Below are positions 37,012 through 46,730 of a stretch of 64,000 nt of DNA, piece after piece. How positions within the stretch are numbered: position 1 is the stretch's first letter; every line of letters starts with the position of its first letter. Source of the stretch: Deltaproteobacteria bacterium. GTDB lineage: Bacteria; Desulfobacterota; Desulfomonilia; UBA1062. The stretch is taken from positions 70,655-134,654 of the forward strand of contig JAGOOG010000001.1 of the NCBI GenBank assembly GCA_017992605.1, written 5' to 3'. A program made the position numbers and the translations under genes. The notes under the pieces were generated by a model. The model had not been told where the DNA came from, did no database searches, and saw only the letters and a list, made by a program, of their open reading frames with translations.

Positions 37012-37938
37012 TCAGAAGATGAGCACCGTCTCCACGAACGGGCCCGAGAAGGTCCCTTCCGCATCGATGTCCACAATGTCCAGGTCCACGTACAGGTGCC
37101 TGAATCCCGCTGAAAGGTGCAGGGGGCCGGTAACGTGGTATCTGAAACGGCCCGTGAGATCGTATACGTAGTCGTCGCTGTAGCGTGTGCCCCGCGCCTC
37201 GAACTCCAGTGCCATGGCGTCGCCGTCGGCGAGCTGCATTGCCATGTAGAGCATGGGAAGAGGCACCGTACTCGAGGTGGATGCCGACAGCCCGGTGTCA
37301 GGCTGCGAGATGCCCGCATGGAAGTCGACGATGCGCACATTCAGCCCGATCTCGGTGTGAAGGCTCATGTCATGGTCGATGGTGATGGGGGAGAGATCGG
37401 CAAACCACGCCACGTCGTAGTGGGTGAGCTTCAGCCTCGAATGGAAATCCATGGCAGGATCGAACAGGATGTCGAGGAAGTAGAACTCGTCCTCGAGGTT
37501 GCCGGTCCCCTCGAACTCCAGGGGCGTGGCAGAAAACGAGAAGTTCATGAAGGGACTGACGAGGATCCTGAACCTGCCCGAGAACCGCCATGCCGGCTCG
37601 AACGAGCAGTCGTCCGTGAAATCGAGCTTGTCGGTCCGCGTGAACAGGTCGCTGAGCGCCCTCCCGGCTGAGGTGGAGGAAAAATCACGATGATACAGGT
37701 CGGGTGCGCCCGCGGAGAGCCTTTCGAGAAAGGAGCCGTCGAAAGGCAGCAGGTCGTCCACGATGTCCCGCGCCTGCTCGCCCATGACATCGAGCACGTT
37801 GTACGTATAGGCGACGCTGCCGTTCGGGCTCTGGTGCCAGACCCCGGCGGCGATCTCGATGGTGGCGGCACCTGCAGGGAATGCGGACATGAGGATGAAC
37901 ATCCATGAGAGGATGCAGCCCACGGCGTACCTGTTCAT
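37012..37938 (-). CDS. outer-membrane beta-barrel protein (hypothetical)
   Basis: Signal peptide (MSAFPAGAAT), alternating amphipathic beta-strand pattern, C-terminal aromatic (…VLIF). Confidence 0.5.
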   Translation of the reverse strand: MNRYAVGCILSWMFILMSAFPAGAATIEIAAGVWHQSPNGSVAYTYNVLDVMGEQARDIVDDLLPFDGSFLERLSAGAPDLYHRDFSSTSAGRALSDLFTRTDKLDFTDDCSFEPAWRFSGRFRILVSPFMNFSFSATPLEFEGTGNLEDEFYFLDILFDPAMDFHSRLKLTHYDVAWFADLSPITIDHDMSLHTEIGLNVRIVDFHAGISQPDTGLSASTSSTVPLPMLYMAMQLADGDAMALEFEARGTRYSDDYVYDLTGRFRYHVTGPLHLSAGFRHLYVDLDIVDIDAEGTFSGPFVETVLIF

Positions 37939-38082
37939 GAGATCGGTTCCAACTCCATTAATGTATGATCGTCATACATGGTAGATGAAAAAAGACTCTT
38001 TGCCAACGGGCAGGTTTGTGTATTACATGGATATATTCAGTGAAATTAGGCATCACGCAATCCGGCAGGGAGGGTTCGCCGC

Positions 38083-39177
38083 ATGGACCAGGCAGACCAG
38101 GGTGTGAACAGAAACGGGAACAAGATCTACGTCTATTGCGTTCTTGCCGTTTTCGCGGCTATCGTTCTTGCAGGTGTCTTCTGCTATGTCTGGCACTCGC
38201 GTAACTACATCGGCACCGACGACGCGTATGTAACCGGGAGCATCCATACCGTTGCGCCGAAGGTTTCGGGTACCGTCAAGGCGGTGCTGGTGAAAGACAA
38301 CCAATCCGTGAAGAGGGGCGATCTCCTCGTGGAGATCGACAGCACGGATCTTGACGTAAAGGTCCTGGACGCAGGGGCTGTAGTGGAAACGGAGGAGTCG
38401 AAGCTCCGCGAGTCTTCCATGAGGATAGAAGTGGCCCGGCAGCAGCTCGAAGAGATCATGACGAGGATCGAATCGGCAAAGGCGAACCTCGTGCTCCAGG
38501 AGGCGAACATCAGGCAGTCGCGCCAAGACCTCGACCGTTCGCGAAGGCTCTATGAGAGCGGTGCACTGGCCCAAGAGCGGCTGGAAAAGGCCCAGACCGG
38601 ATATGACATTGCTCAGGCACAGCTGCAGTACGCCCGGGAACAGGTGAAACAGGCCCGGGCAGCCCGGGAAACACAGGACCTGCTGATACGTCAGGCTCAG
38701 GCGGCATATCAGTCGCAGACCCATGTGGCGGAACAGAAGAGGCAGGTCCTCGCGGCCGCTACGCTCACCCGGAGCTACACGAAGATTGCCGCCTCATCCG
38801 ACGGGTATGTCACCAGGAAGAATGTGGAGCCGGGCAACCAGGTGCAGGCAGGCCAGCCGCTCATGGCCATCGTTTCCCTCGATGATGTCTGGATCTTGGC
38901 CAACTACAAGGAAACCCAGCTTGAGCGGGTGCGACCCGGGCAGAAGGTCGAGATAAAGGTGGACACCTTTTCGGGGAAGATCCTGGAGGGAAGGGTCGAC
39001 AGTATCATGGCAGGAACCGGGTCCGTCTTTTCTCTGTTTCCCCCAGAAAATGCAACGGGTAACTACGTGAAGGTCGTCCAGCGCATCCCCGTGAAGATCG
39101 TACTCGATCAGGGAAGCGATCCCGACCGTGTCCTGAGGGTGGGAATGTCGGTACAGCCCACCATAGCCGTGAGATAG
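38083..39177 (+). CDS. multidrug efflux MFP, HlyD/EmrA family
   Basis: N-terminal TM, lipoyl/biotinyl-like hairpin and long coiled coil. Followed by an EmrB-like MFS pump. Confidence 0.8.
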   Translation: MDQADQGVNRNGNKIYVYCVLAVFAAIVLAGVFCYVWHSRNYIGTDDAYVTGSIHTVAPKVSGTVKAVLVKDNQSVKRGDLLVEIDSTDLDVKVLDAGAVVETEESKLRESSMRIEVARQQLEEIMTRIESAKANLVLQEANIRQSRQDLDRSRRLYESGALAQERLEKAQTGYDIAQAQLQYAREQVKQARAARETQDLLIRQAQAAYQSQTHVAEQKRQVLAAATLTRSYTKIAASSDGYVTRKNVEPGNQVQAGQPLMAIVSLDDVWILANYKETQLERVRPGQKVEIKVDTFSGKILEGRVDSIMAGTGSVFSLFPPENATGNYVKVVQRIPVKIVLDQGSDPDRVLRVGMSVQPTIAVR

Positions 39178-39196
39178 ACCGGGCCGGGATATCCGC

Positions 39197-40759
39197 GTGT
39201 CGGGTCCGTCCCCGCAGAGCCAGCCGAACAAGTGGGTCGTGGCATCCACCGTGATGCTCCCCATGCTCATGGTGGTGCTCGATACGTCGGTGGTGAACGT
39301 GTCCCTGGATCATATCCGGGGGAGCCTGTCCGCAGGCATCGACGAGGCCACGTGGTCCATCACGGCCTACCTCGCCTCGAATGCCGTCATCATACCCATG
39401 ACCGGCTGGATCAGCCGCCTCGTGGGCCGGAAGCGTTATCTCATCTTCTCCATCATAATGTTCACGCTGAGCTCGTTCTTGTGCGGGATATCCTGGAACA
39501 TAGAGAGCCTCATCGTGTTCAGGATCCTCCAGGGCCTCTCCGGCGGCGCCATGCCGCCGCTGTCCCAAGCCATCCTCCTCGAATCGTTCCCCCCGCACCA
39601 GTACGGCATGGCAATGGCAATCTTCGGCATCGGGGTCAGCTTCGGGCCCATCATAGGCCCTGTGCTTGGCGGATGGATCACGGAGGCGCTAACCTGGCAC
39701 TGGGTGTTCTTCATCAACATCCCCATCGGCATCGTTTCGGTCATCATGGCCGTCTTCGTCGTGGTGGACCCGCCATACATGAAGGGCATGCGCATGAAGA
39801 TCGACTATGCAGGGCTCATGCTCCTGGGGCTCGGGGTGGCATGCCTCCAGCTTCTCCTGGATCGGGGCCAGCGGTCTGACTGGTTCAGTTCGGAACTCAT
39901 GCTGGGCCTCGCGGCTGTTGCGGTCTTCTCTCTTGCAGCCTTCGTCGTGGTGGAACGCAATGCCGAGCGACCCGTCGTCGACCTGGGCGTATTCCGGAAC
40001 TATTCCTACACCATAGGCAATATCGCCATGTTCTTCTTCATGGCGAATCTCTTCGGGACCCTGGTGATGCTCCCCATCTATCTCCAGACCCTCATGGGCT
40101 ACACCGCGAGTCTGGCGGGCCTCGTCCTGGCGCCGGGCGGGGTGGCGAACCTCATAACCATGCCCGTTGTCGGGAGGGTCATCCACCGGTACAATCCCAA
40201 GGCCTTCGTCATCATAGGCATACTCTTCACTGCCTATTCGACGCTCCTCATGGCCCGGTTCACCCTGGGGGTGGACTTCGGGACCGTTTTGTGGCCGAGG
40301 ATATACATGGGCGTCGGCATGGGAATGCTCTTCATCCCGCTGACCACCCTTACCATTGCGGGCATCAGGAAGGAGGACATGGGCAACGCCACGGCCGTCT
40401 ACAACCTCATCCGCAATATCGGGGGGAGCATCGGAATCGCCATCGTCACGACCATGGTGAGCCGCAGGGCCCAGTTCCACCAGGCGCGCCTCGTGGACCA
40501 TCTCACCCCCTTTGATCCCCTGTATGCACTGCGTTCACAGCAGGGCGCCGTCCTTCTCCAGCAGCGTGGCCTGGACTCGGCATCGGCGCAGCACGGGGGG
40601 CTGGGCATCATGTATGAGGGCCTGCTGAAACAGGCCGGAATGCTCTCCTTCGCCGACGTGTTCTACCTGCTCACCTGGATGATGATCGTCCTCATACCAC
40701 TGGTGCTCTTCATGAAGAACGTATCATCCCAGGCACCTGCCCAGCCGGGCGTGGATTGA
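39197..40759 (+). CDS. MFS transporter, DHA2 (EmrB/QacA) family, 14 TM
   Basis: MLPMLMVVLDTSVVNVSL and GWISRLVGRKRYL motifs typical of DHA2 drug:H+ antiporters. Confidence 0.85.
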   Translation: MSGPSPQSQPNKWVVASTVMLPMLMVVLDTSVVNVSLDHIRGSLSAGIDEATWSITAYLASNAVIIPMTGWISRLVGRKRYLIFSIIMFTLSSFLCGISWNIESLIVFRILQGLSGGAMPPLSQAILLESFPPHQYGMAMAIFGIGVSFGPIIGPVLGGWITEALTWHWVFFINIPIGIVSVIMAVFVVVDPPYMKGMRMKIDYAGLMLLGLGVACLQLLLDRGQRSDWFSSELMLGLAAVAVFSLAAFVVVERNAERPVVDLGVFRNYSYTIGNIAMFFFMANLFGTLVMLPIYLQTLMGYTASLAGLVLAPGGVANLITMPVVGRVIHRYNPKAFVIIGILFTAYSTLLMARFTLGVDFGTVLWPRIYMGVGMGMLFIPLTTLTIAGIRKEDMGNATAVYNLIRNIGGSIGIAIVTTMVSRRAQFHQARLVDHLTPFDPLYALRSQQGAVLLQQRGLDSASAQHGGLGIMYEGLLKQAGMLSFADVFYLLTWMMIVLIPLVLFMKNVSSQAPAQPGVD

Positions 40760-41022
40760 TAAGCAGCACTTGTCCACGCGGGGGAGGACAGGCAGCGGGA
40801 AGGCCGTGTGCGAAGAACGGGATGGGGGACCTGCGCCGTGACCGTCGGATGGCGCCGGTCGACGATATCTCTGGACCTCAGGAAGGGATCCATATCGAAA
40901 GCATGCATCCACAGGAGAAGCGGTTCGACCGGTAAAGGGATTTGAGCGCTGGGCCCCCTTGACATGAATGATCAAGTATATTACATAAAAGTAAATTAGT
41001 AACCATTCTGGAGCTGTCCACC

Positions 41023-41373
41023 ATGGCTGAAAAGGAGAAGATCATGCGTCAGGACATGGACGCTGCCCGGAGGAAGGCCGATATCCTCAAGGCCCTGGCG
41101 CACCCGGTGAGGATCCGGGTGTTCGAGGCCCTGGCCGATGGCGAGAAGACGGCAGGAGAGCTGGTCGTCATCACGGGCGAGAAGGAGGCCAACACGTCGC
41201 GTCACCTGGCCGTGCTCAGGGCCGCGGGCCTCGTGTGCACGAGGAAGGAAGGGCTCCATGTGTATTATTCGAATTCCATGCCGTGCCTCATACCGATGCT
41301 CGACTGCGTCGAGGAGGCCGTGTGCGCCATCGCGGACGAGCACATGAAGCCATCTCGCTGCATGCGGCAATGA
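41023..41373 (+). CDS. ArsR/SmtB family transcriptional regulator
   Basis: ILKALAHPVRIRVFEALADGEKTAGELV...SRHLAVLRAAGLV winged HTH. C-terminal Cys cluster (CLIPMLDCVEEAVC) could be a metal(loid)-sensing site. Confidence 0.8.
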   Translation: MAEKEKIMRQDMDAARRKADILKALAHPVRIRVFEALADGEKTAGELVVITGEKEANTSRHLAVLRAAGLVCTRKEGLHVYYSNSMPCLIPMLDCVEEAVCAIADEHMKPSRCMRQ

Positions 41374-41401
41374 TTCATACACCAGGAAAGAAGGTCTTCA
41401 C

Positions 41402-42700
41402 ATGAACTGGAATGACGAATGGAAATGGCTCGCCGGTCTGGCAGGGGCCTTCCTTGTCCTCTTCTATCTCCCGGTAGGTCTACCCCGTTTCGACAATGCC
41501 GTCCTCGAGGGTCTCTACCTGGCCAGATCCTATGCGCAGGAGCACGTCATCCTCTGCCTGCTCCCCGCCTTCTTCATTGCAGGGGCCATCGGTGTGTTCC
41601 TGTCCCAGAACACGGTCATGAAGTACCTGGGAGCCGACGCAAAAAAGGTCCTGGCCTACGGCGTGGCATCGGTGTCAGGCACCATCCTGGCCGTGTGTTC
41701 CTGCACCATCCTGCCGCTCTTCGCGGGCATCTACCGCATGGGCGCCGGGCTCGGGCCGGCGGTGGCGTTCCTCTACTCCGGGCCGGCCATCAATGTGCTT
41801 GCCATCATTCTCACCGCCCGGATCCTGGGTATCGAACTCGGTATAGCCAGGGCCGTGGGCGCCATAGCCTTCAGCGTCATCATCGGCCTCATCATGCACG
41901 TGATCTACCGCAAGGAGAAGGAAGGACGGGACGGGCCGAAGATGATGCTGGGCGGGGAAAACGGCATGAGGCCCCTGTGGCAGAACGTCCTGTACTTCGC
42001 CGCCATGATCGCGGTGCTCGTGTTCGCCAACTGGGGCAGGCCCCAGGATGAAACCGGATTCTGGCACCTGGTCTACGCCTCGAAATGGATCATCACCTCC
42101 TTCAGCGCGGCGGGCCTGGGCGTCATGCTCGTGGCCTGGTTCGCGGTGCCGGTGCTCAAGGTGGTCGCTGTGGCAGCCATTACAGCAGTATTCTCCCTCG
42201 CTTTCCCTCATACACCCATGGTCGGCTTCATGGTGGGCGTCATCGGCCTTTCCTACCTCACGAGCACCCAGGAGGGCGAGATGCAGGAGTGGTTCGGGGG
42301 CTCCTGGGGGTTTGCCAAGCAGATCATGCCCATCCTCTTCGCCGGTGTCCTGGTGGCGGGTTTCCTGCTGGGCAGGCCCGGGCACGAGGGGATCATCCCC
42401 TCGGTGTGGGTGAGCTCGCTGGTGGGCGGCAACTCGCTGTCCGCCAACTTCATCGCATCGGTGGCAGGGGCCTTCATGTACTTCGCCACGCTCACCGAGG
42501 TGCCCATCCTCCAGGGGCTCATGGGATCGGGCATGGGCAAGGGCCCGGCCCTGGCCCTGCTGCTGGCGGGTCCGGCCGTGTCGCTGCCCAACATGCTCGT
42601 GATCCGGTCCGTCATCGGAACGGGCAAGACGGTCGTGTATGTAACGCTGGTCATTGTCATGGCCACCATATCCGGATTTCTCTACGGGGCCGTATTCTAG
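41402..42700 (+). CDS. DUF318/ArsP-like permease (YraQ family)
   Basis: Polytopic. Conserved AVCSCTILP (CSC) motif of the DUF318/ArsP permease family. Immediately downstream of arsR. Confidence 0.7.
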   Translation: MNWNDEWKWLAGLAGAFLVLFYLPVGLPRFDNAVLEGLYLARSYAQEHVILCLLPAFFIAGAIGVFLSQNTVMKYLGADAKKVLAYGVASVSGTILAVCSCTILPLFAGIYRMGAGLGPAVAFLYSGPAINVLAIILTARILGIELGIARAVGAIAFSVIIGLIMHVIYRKEKEGRDGPKMMLGGENGMRPLWQNVLYFAAMIAVLVFANWGRPQDETGFWHLVYASKWIITSFSAAGLGVMLVAWFAVPVLKVVAVAAITAVFSLAFPHTPMVGFMVGVIGLSYLTSTQEGEMQEWFGGSWGFAKQIMPILFAGVLVAGFLLGRPGHEGIIPSVWVSSLVGGNSLSANFIASVAGAFMYFATLTEVPILQGLMGSGMGKGPALALLLAGPAVSLPNMLVIRSVIGTGKTVVYVTLVIVMATISGFLYGAVF

Positions 42701-42713
42701 AAAGGAGTACATC

Positions 42714-42950
42714 ATGAAAAAACTGCAGATACTGGGAACGGGATGCGCCAAGTGCATCAGGCTCGCCGCCAACACCGAGGCGGCGGCGAGGAGGGCCGGC
42801 ATCGAGTGCGAGATCGAGAAGGTCACGGACGTCAACCAGATCATGAAGTACGGCGTCATGATGACCCCGGCGCTCGTGGTGGACGGCACGGTGAGGTCGA
42901 CGGGCAGGGTCTTGACACCGGCAGAGATAGAGGTTCTTATCAGGGAATGA
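42714..42950 (+). CDS. thioredoxin-fold redox-active disulfide protein 2 family
   Basis: 78 aa, MKKLQILGTGCAKCIRL with CxxC. AAAGGAG RBS. This family is commonly paired with DUF318 permeases. Confidence 0.7.
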   Translation: MKKLQILGTGCAKCIRLAANTEAAARRAGIECEIEKVTDVNQIMKYGVMMTPALVVDGTVRSTGRVLTPAEIEVLIRE

Positions 42951-43441
42951 GAAGGGGTTTCGTGCAGCCAGCCTTGAAGCGGGCATTCGTCTCAGCCGCG
43001 GCGATCATGTGTGCGGCCGTGGCGTTCGGCCTGCTCGTCAATGCCCTCAGGCCGTCCGGCATACCCCTCGTGGGAGACTGGAGTGCACGCGCCCTCACCG
43101 AGCTCAATGCCGGCGACGTGGAGGTCGTCAATGCCGATGAGGCCTTCGATCTCTACTCGCGCGGACAGGCCCTGTTTGTCGATGCCCGCGACTCCGCTTC
43201 CTACGGGGGGGGCCATCTGCCCGGCGCGGTGAACATCGGACCCGACGACGTCGACGGGCGACCGGAGGAGGTCCGTGCCCTGCTCGGAAACGGCAGGGTG
43301 CTCATAGCCTACTGCCACGACGTGGACTGCCCCTTGGCCTCGGCACTCGCCAGGAGGCTCCGCGAGCTGAGTGCACGCCGCATCGTGGTGCTTCCCGAGG
43401 GCTGGGCAGGCTGGCTGGAGGGGGGATACCCCCATGAATGA
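42947..43441 (+). CDS. rhodanese-domain protein with N-terminal signal/anchor
   Basis: ATGA overlap with the previous gene. DARDSASYGGGHLPGAVNI and YCHDVDC active-site-loop region. Confidence 0.65.
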   Translation: MRRGFVQPALKRAFVSAAAIMCAAVAFGLLVNALRPSGIPLVGDWSARALTELNAGDVEVVNADEAFDLYSRGQALFVDARDSASYGGGHLPGAVNIGPDDVDGRPEEVRALLGNGRVLIAYCHDVDCPLASALARRLRELSARRIVVLPEGWAGWLEGGYPHE

Positions 43442-43940
43442 CCGCGCCGATTCCCGCCAGACTGTTTTCCATGACCGACGCATCCAAGTCCTCGTGACCA
43501 TGGTCCGGCTCGTCCTCGGGACCGTCTTCCTCTCTGCCGGCATCACCAAGATCGTCGACCCGGCCGGATTCGCCCTGGCGGTCTACAACTACCACATCCT
43601 GCCCGCGTGGCTCGTGAACCTGGCCGCCGTCACCCTGCCCTGGATCGAGGTCGTTGCCGGGGTGTGCCTGGTGCTCGGCCTGTGGGTACCGGGAAGCGCC
43701 CTGGTCGTCTCGGTGCTGCTCCTCGCGTTCACGACGGCGCTGGGGTTCAACATGTACCGCGGTCTCGACATAACGTGCGGATGCTTCAGCACCTCCCCGG
43801 GGAGCGGGAAGATAACCTGGTGGTACGTCCTGCGCGACGGCTCCCTGTTCCTTTCCGGGCTGCTCGTGCTCTTCGCCGACCGGGGGCGGTTCTCCCTGTC
43901 CTCGGCTCTTCAGGGAACCGACCGGAACCACCATTCTTGA
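43434..43940 (+). CDS. MauE/DoxX-family membrane protein
   Basis: Four TM helices and the TCGCF motif shared by MauE-like/DoxX-like thiol-redox membrane proteins. Overlaps the rhodanese stop by 8 nt. Confidence 0.55.
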   Translation: MNDRADSRQTVFHDRRIQVLVTMVRLVLGTVFLSAGITKIVDPAGFALAVYNYHILPAWLVNLAAVTLPWIEVVAGVCLVLGLWVPGSALVVSVLLLAFTTALGFNMYRGLDITCGCFSTSPGSGKITWWYVLRDGSLFLSGLLVLFADRGRFSLSSALQGTDRNHHS

Positions 43941-44094
43941 CTTGATCTTCAGGGGAAAATCGGCCATTATGCGAACGAGAAATGATCTGTCTGGGTGACA
44001 AGTCAAGACTCCGTGCGGCAGGGCACCGAAGATGCCGCAGTTGGATTCCTGTTTACCGTCTGGTCCGTGTCGGCAAGAAGGCAGTGGGAGGGGG

Positions 44095-45120
44095 ATGAGG
44101 ATGCCCCTGGACGTCGATCCCCGCGCTGTACCGGTCCTGCTGCTGTACAACGTGGATCCCTCCTGGGAGGCCTCCGAACGGGAAGACGTCGTTGCCGTCA
44201 CGAACCAGCTCCTTCATGCCATAGCAGACATCGGGCATCCCTCCGCGTCGGTCCCCCTGTTCGGGGACAACATGCAGGAGGTCATGGAGCCGTACGGCCG
44301 GACCGAATACATCGTGTTCAACTGGTGCGAGAGTATCCCGGGCAGGCCCCACAGCGAGCCGCAGGTCGCACGGGAGCTGGAGTCCATGGGCTTCACGTTC
44401 ACCGGTGCGGGGTCCACGGCGCTGGACCTCGCCTGCGACAAGCGAAGGGTGAAGAAGGTCCTGGAGGAGTCGGGGATACCGACCCCGTCGTGGCGTCTCT
44501 ACGTCCGTCCCGAAAGGAATCTGTGGGGCAGGTACCCGGCCATCGTCAAGGCCGCGAACGAACACTGCAGCGAGGGCATCACCCGGGAATCCGTGGTCAT
44601 GACCGAGCAGGAGCTTCTCGAGAGGGTGTCCTACATCATCGATGCATACCATCAGCCCGCCCTGGTCGAGGACTTCATAGACGGGAGGGAGTTCCACGTG
44701 TCGCTCTGGGGGAACGGCCGCATCGAGATGCTTCCCCCCGCCGAGATGGACTTCTCGCTGTTCAGCGACTTCCACGACAGGCTCTGCACGCACGACTCGA
44801 AGTGCGTGCCCGGGTCGCTCCACTACGAGGGCATCCAGACCCTGCTGCCTGCACCGTTGAGCGGTGAAGAGCTGCAGGCCCTCGGGAAGGTGTGCATGTC
44901 GGCATACATGGCCGTCGGCTGCAGGGACTACGGCCGACTCGACGTGAGGTCGCGCGATGGTGTGTACTACGTGCTCGACGTGAACCCCAATGCCGATATC
45001 AGTGCGGATGCCAGCCTGGCCTGCGCGGCCGAGATCGCCGGATATTCCTACGGGCAGGCCGGCAGCAGGATCGTGAGGCTCGCCGCTCGCCGTCACCCGG
45101 TGTGGGCGACACAGGACTGA
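44095..45120 (+). CDS. ATP-grasp enzyme, D-alanine--D-alanine ligase-like
   Basis: ATP-grasp fold segments (DKRRVKKVLEESGIPTP, ALVEDFIDGREFHV, DVNPNAD). Substrate unknown. Confidence 0.65.
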   Translation: MRMPLDVDPRAVPVLLLYNVDPSWEASEREDVVAVTNQLLHAIADIGHPSASVPLFGDNMQEVMEPYGRTEYIVFNWCESIPGRPHSEPQVARELESMGFTFTGAGSTALDLACDKRRVKKVLEESGIPTPSWRLYVRPERNLWGRYPAIVKAANEHCSEGITRESVVMTEQELLERVSYIIDAYHQPALVEDFIDGREFHVSLWGNGRIEMLPPAEMDFSLFSDFHDRLCTHDSKCVPGSLHYEGIQTLLPAPLSGEELQALGKVCMSAYMAVGCRDYGRLDVRSRDGVYYVLDVNPNADISADASLACAAEIAGYSYGQAGSRIVRLAARRHPVWATQD

Positions 45121-45146
45121 CCGGGACAAGGCCCTGGAGGGGGCCC

Positions 45147-45743
45147 TCACCTGAGTTCGAGGAGTTCGTTGCCCAGCGCTTCGAGATCCTTGCGTTCCTG
45201 AGCCAGCAGTCCCTGGACCAGGCTGTTGTGCCGGTCCACGACGGCATTGAATTCCTTGGTGGCCTGGGGCTTGTCCTTGTCCGGCAGGGCCGCGATCCTT
45301 GCCTGCATCTCCTTGCCCCGGGCATGGAGCCCGCTGACCTCATCGAGGGTGACGAGGTGCCTGGCGGCGAGGTCGATGTATCGCTGGAGCAGGTCCGTGA
45401 ACCTGACCAGGAACGCGCCCGCATCGGGGTCGCTCAGGTCTGACCTGAGCATCATGCCGTTCAACCGCGTCCTGTCCGCCAGATCCATGCGCTCCCTGAG
45501 AGCCTCCTCGGTATCTCCGTCCTTGAGCGTCTCGGAGAAGGCGGTGACGAACTCCCTGTGGACGGCCAGCGCCCTGTTCATCTGGGGTTCCCCGGCTGCC
45601 ACCCCGGGCGCCTCGGAAGAAGCCTCTTCCTGTGCGGGGGTCATCGTCGGAACCTGGACAGACTCATCCTTGTTTGGGCATCCTGCCAGAATCAGGAACA
45701 AACCGAAGGAAGCGATGCAGTAGAAGAAGGCAGGTCTGTGCAT
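45147..45743 (-). CDS. lipoprotein, unknown function
   Basis: Signal peptide with lipobox LAGC. Helical remainder. Confidence 0.5.
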   Translation of the reverse strand: MHRPAFFYCIASFGLFLILAGCPNKDESVQVPTMTPAQEEASSEAPGVAAGEPQMNRALAVHREFVTAFSETLKDGDTEEALRERMDLADRTRLNGMMLRSDLSDPDAGAFLVRFTDLLQRYIDLAARHLVTLDEVSGLHARGKEMQARIAALPDKDKPQATKEFNAVVDRHNSLVQGLLAQERKDLEALGNELLELR

Positions 45744-45887
45744 GCCGGGTCCTCCTTGGATGGAATTGAGAGTATTCATGGTTTTATCTTCTTAACCCTA
45801 GGCCGTGAAAAGTCAAGAAGACAGAGATGTTCATGGATGTTGAAAAATCCTCCGGCAGGTAGTATGAACCCGGGACATATGAACTGA

Positions 45888-46730
45888 TTGGAACCGGGTG
45901 TGATTCCATCTATAGAAACCATTCCGCAGGAGGTTGTCAGGCGTCTCATCGGTGTCTTCTTCGACATCGACGATACCTTCACCACACGGGGGAAGATCCC
46001 GGCCGCTTCGTTCGACGCGCTATGGAAACTCAAAGACGCCGGCATCAAACTGGTACCCATAACGGGACGGCCGGGAGGCTGGTGCGATCACATCGTGCGG
46101 ATGTGGCCGGTGGACGGCGTGGTGGGGGAGAACGGAGCATTCTATTTCTGGATGGACGAGCACGAGGGAAAACTCAAGAAGAGGTTTCTCGATCCGGAAG
46201 ACGTCAGGAAAAAGAACAGAGGCAGGCTCGGCGGAATACGCGACGAGATTCTCTCGGCCGTCCCCGGTTGTGCGGTCGCCAGTGACCAGTCCTACCGGGA
46301 AACGGATCTCGCCATAGACTTCAGAGAAGATGTCACGCCTCTCGGGTGGGATGACATCGAGAAGATCTGTCGGATCTTCCAGAAGCACGGGGCGCAGTTC
46401 AAGGTCTCCTCCATCCATGTGAACGGGTGGTTCGGAGGGCATGACAAGCTTTCCACGACGAGGGTCTTTGTCCGTGAGCGATGGGGTATGGATCTCGATT
46501 CCGTGAGAGACCGGTTTTTTTTCTGTGGAGACTCCCCGAATGACGAACCGATGTTCTCATACTTTCCGCATACGGCAGGGGTGAGGAATGTCCTCCTGTT
46601 CGCTGGGCGCATGAAGCACCTTCCGGCCTTCATAGCGGATTCGGAAGGGGGCGAGGGTTTCGCCGAGATCGCCGTCATCCTAGCGCGACACGGGCAGCAG
46701 ACGTTGGGCAGGCGAGAGGAAGATCAGTAG
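45888..46730 (+). CDS. HAD-superfamily hydrolase (Cof/IIB-like)
   Basis: Motif I FFDIDDTF, cap region, motif IV CGDSPND. Confidence 0.7.
   Translation: MEPGVIPSIETIPQEVVRRLIGVFFDIDDTFTTRGKIPAASFDALWKLKDAGIKLVPITGRPGGWCDHIVRMWPVDGVVGENGAFYFWMDEHEGKLKKRFLDPEDVRKKNRGRLGGIRDEILSAVPGCAVASDQSYRETDLAIDFREDVTPLGWDDIEKICRIFQKHGAQFKVSSIHVNGWFGGHDKLSTTRVFVRERWGMDLDSVRDRFFFCGDSPNDEPMFSYFPHTAGVRNVLLFAGRMKHLPAFIADSEGGEGFAEIAVILARHGQQTLGRREEDQ

Noticed and set aside
40759-41023. TTGACA-17-TACATA promoter-like element and ATGAATGATCAAGTATATTACAT upstream of arsR as promoter/operator
   Set aside because: The -10 hexamer is weak and no clear dyad symmetry is present. Noted as plausible but not reported as a feature.
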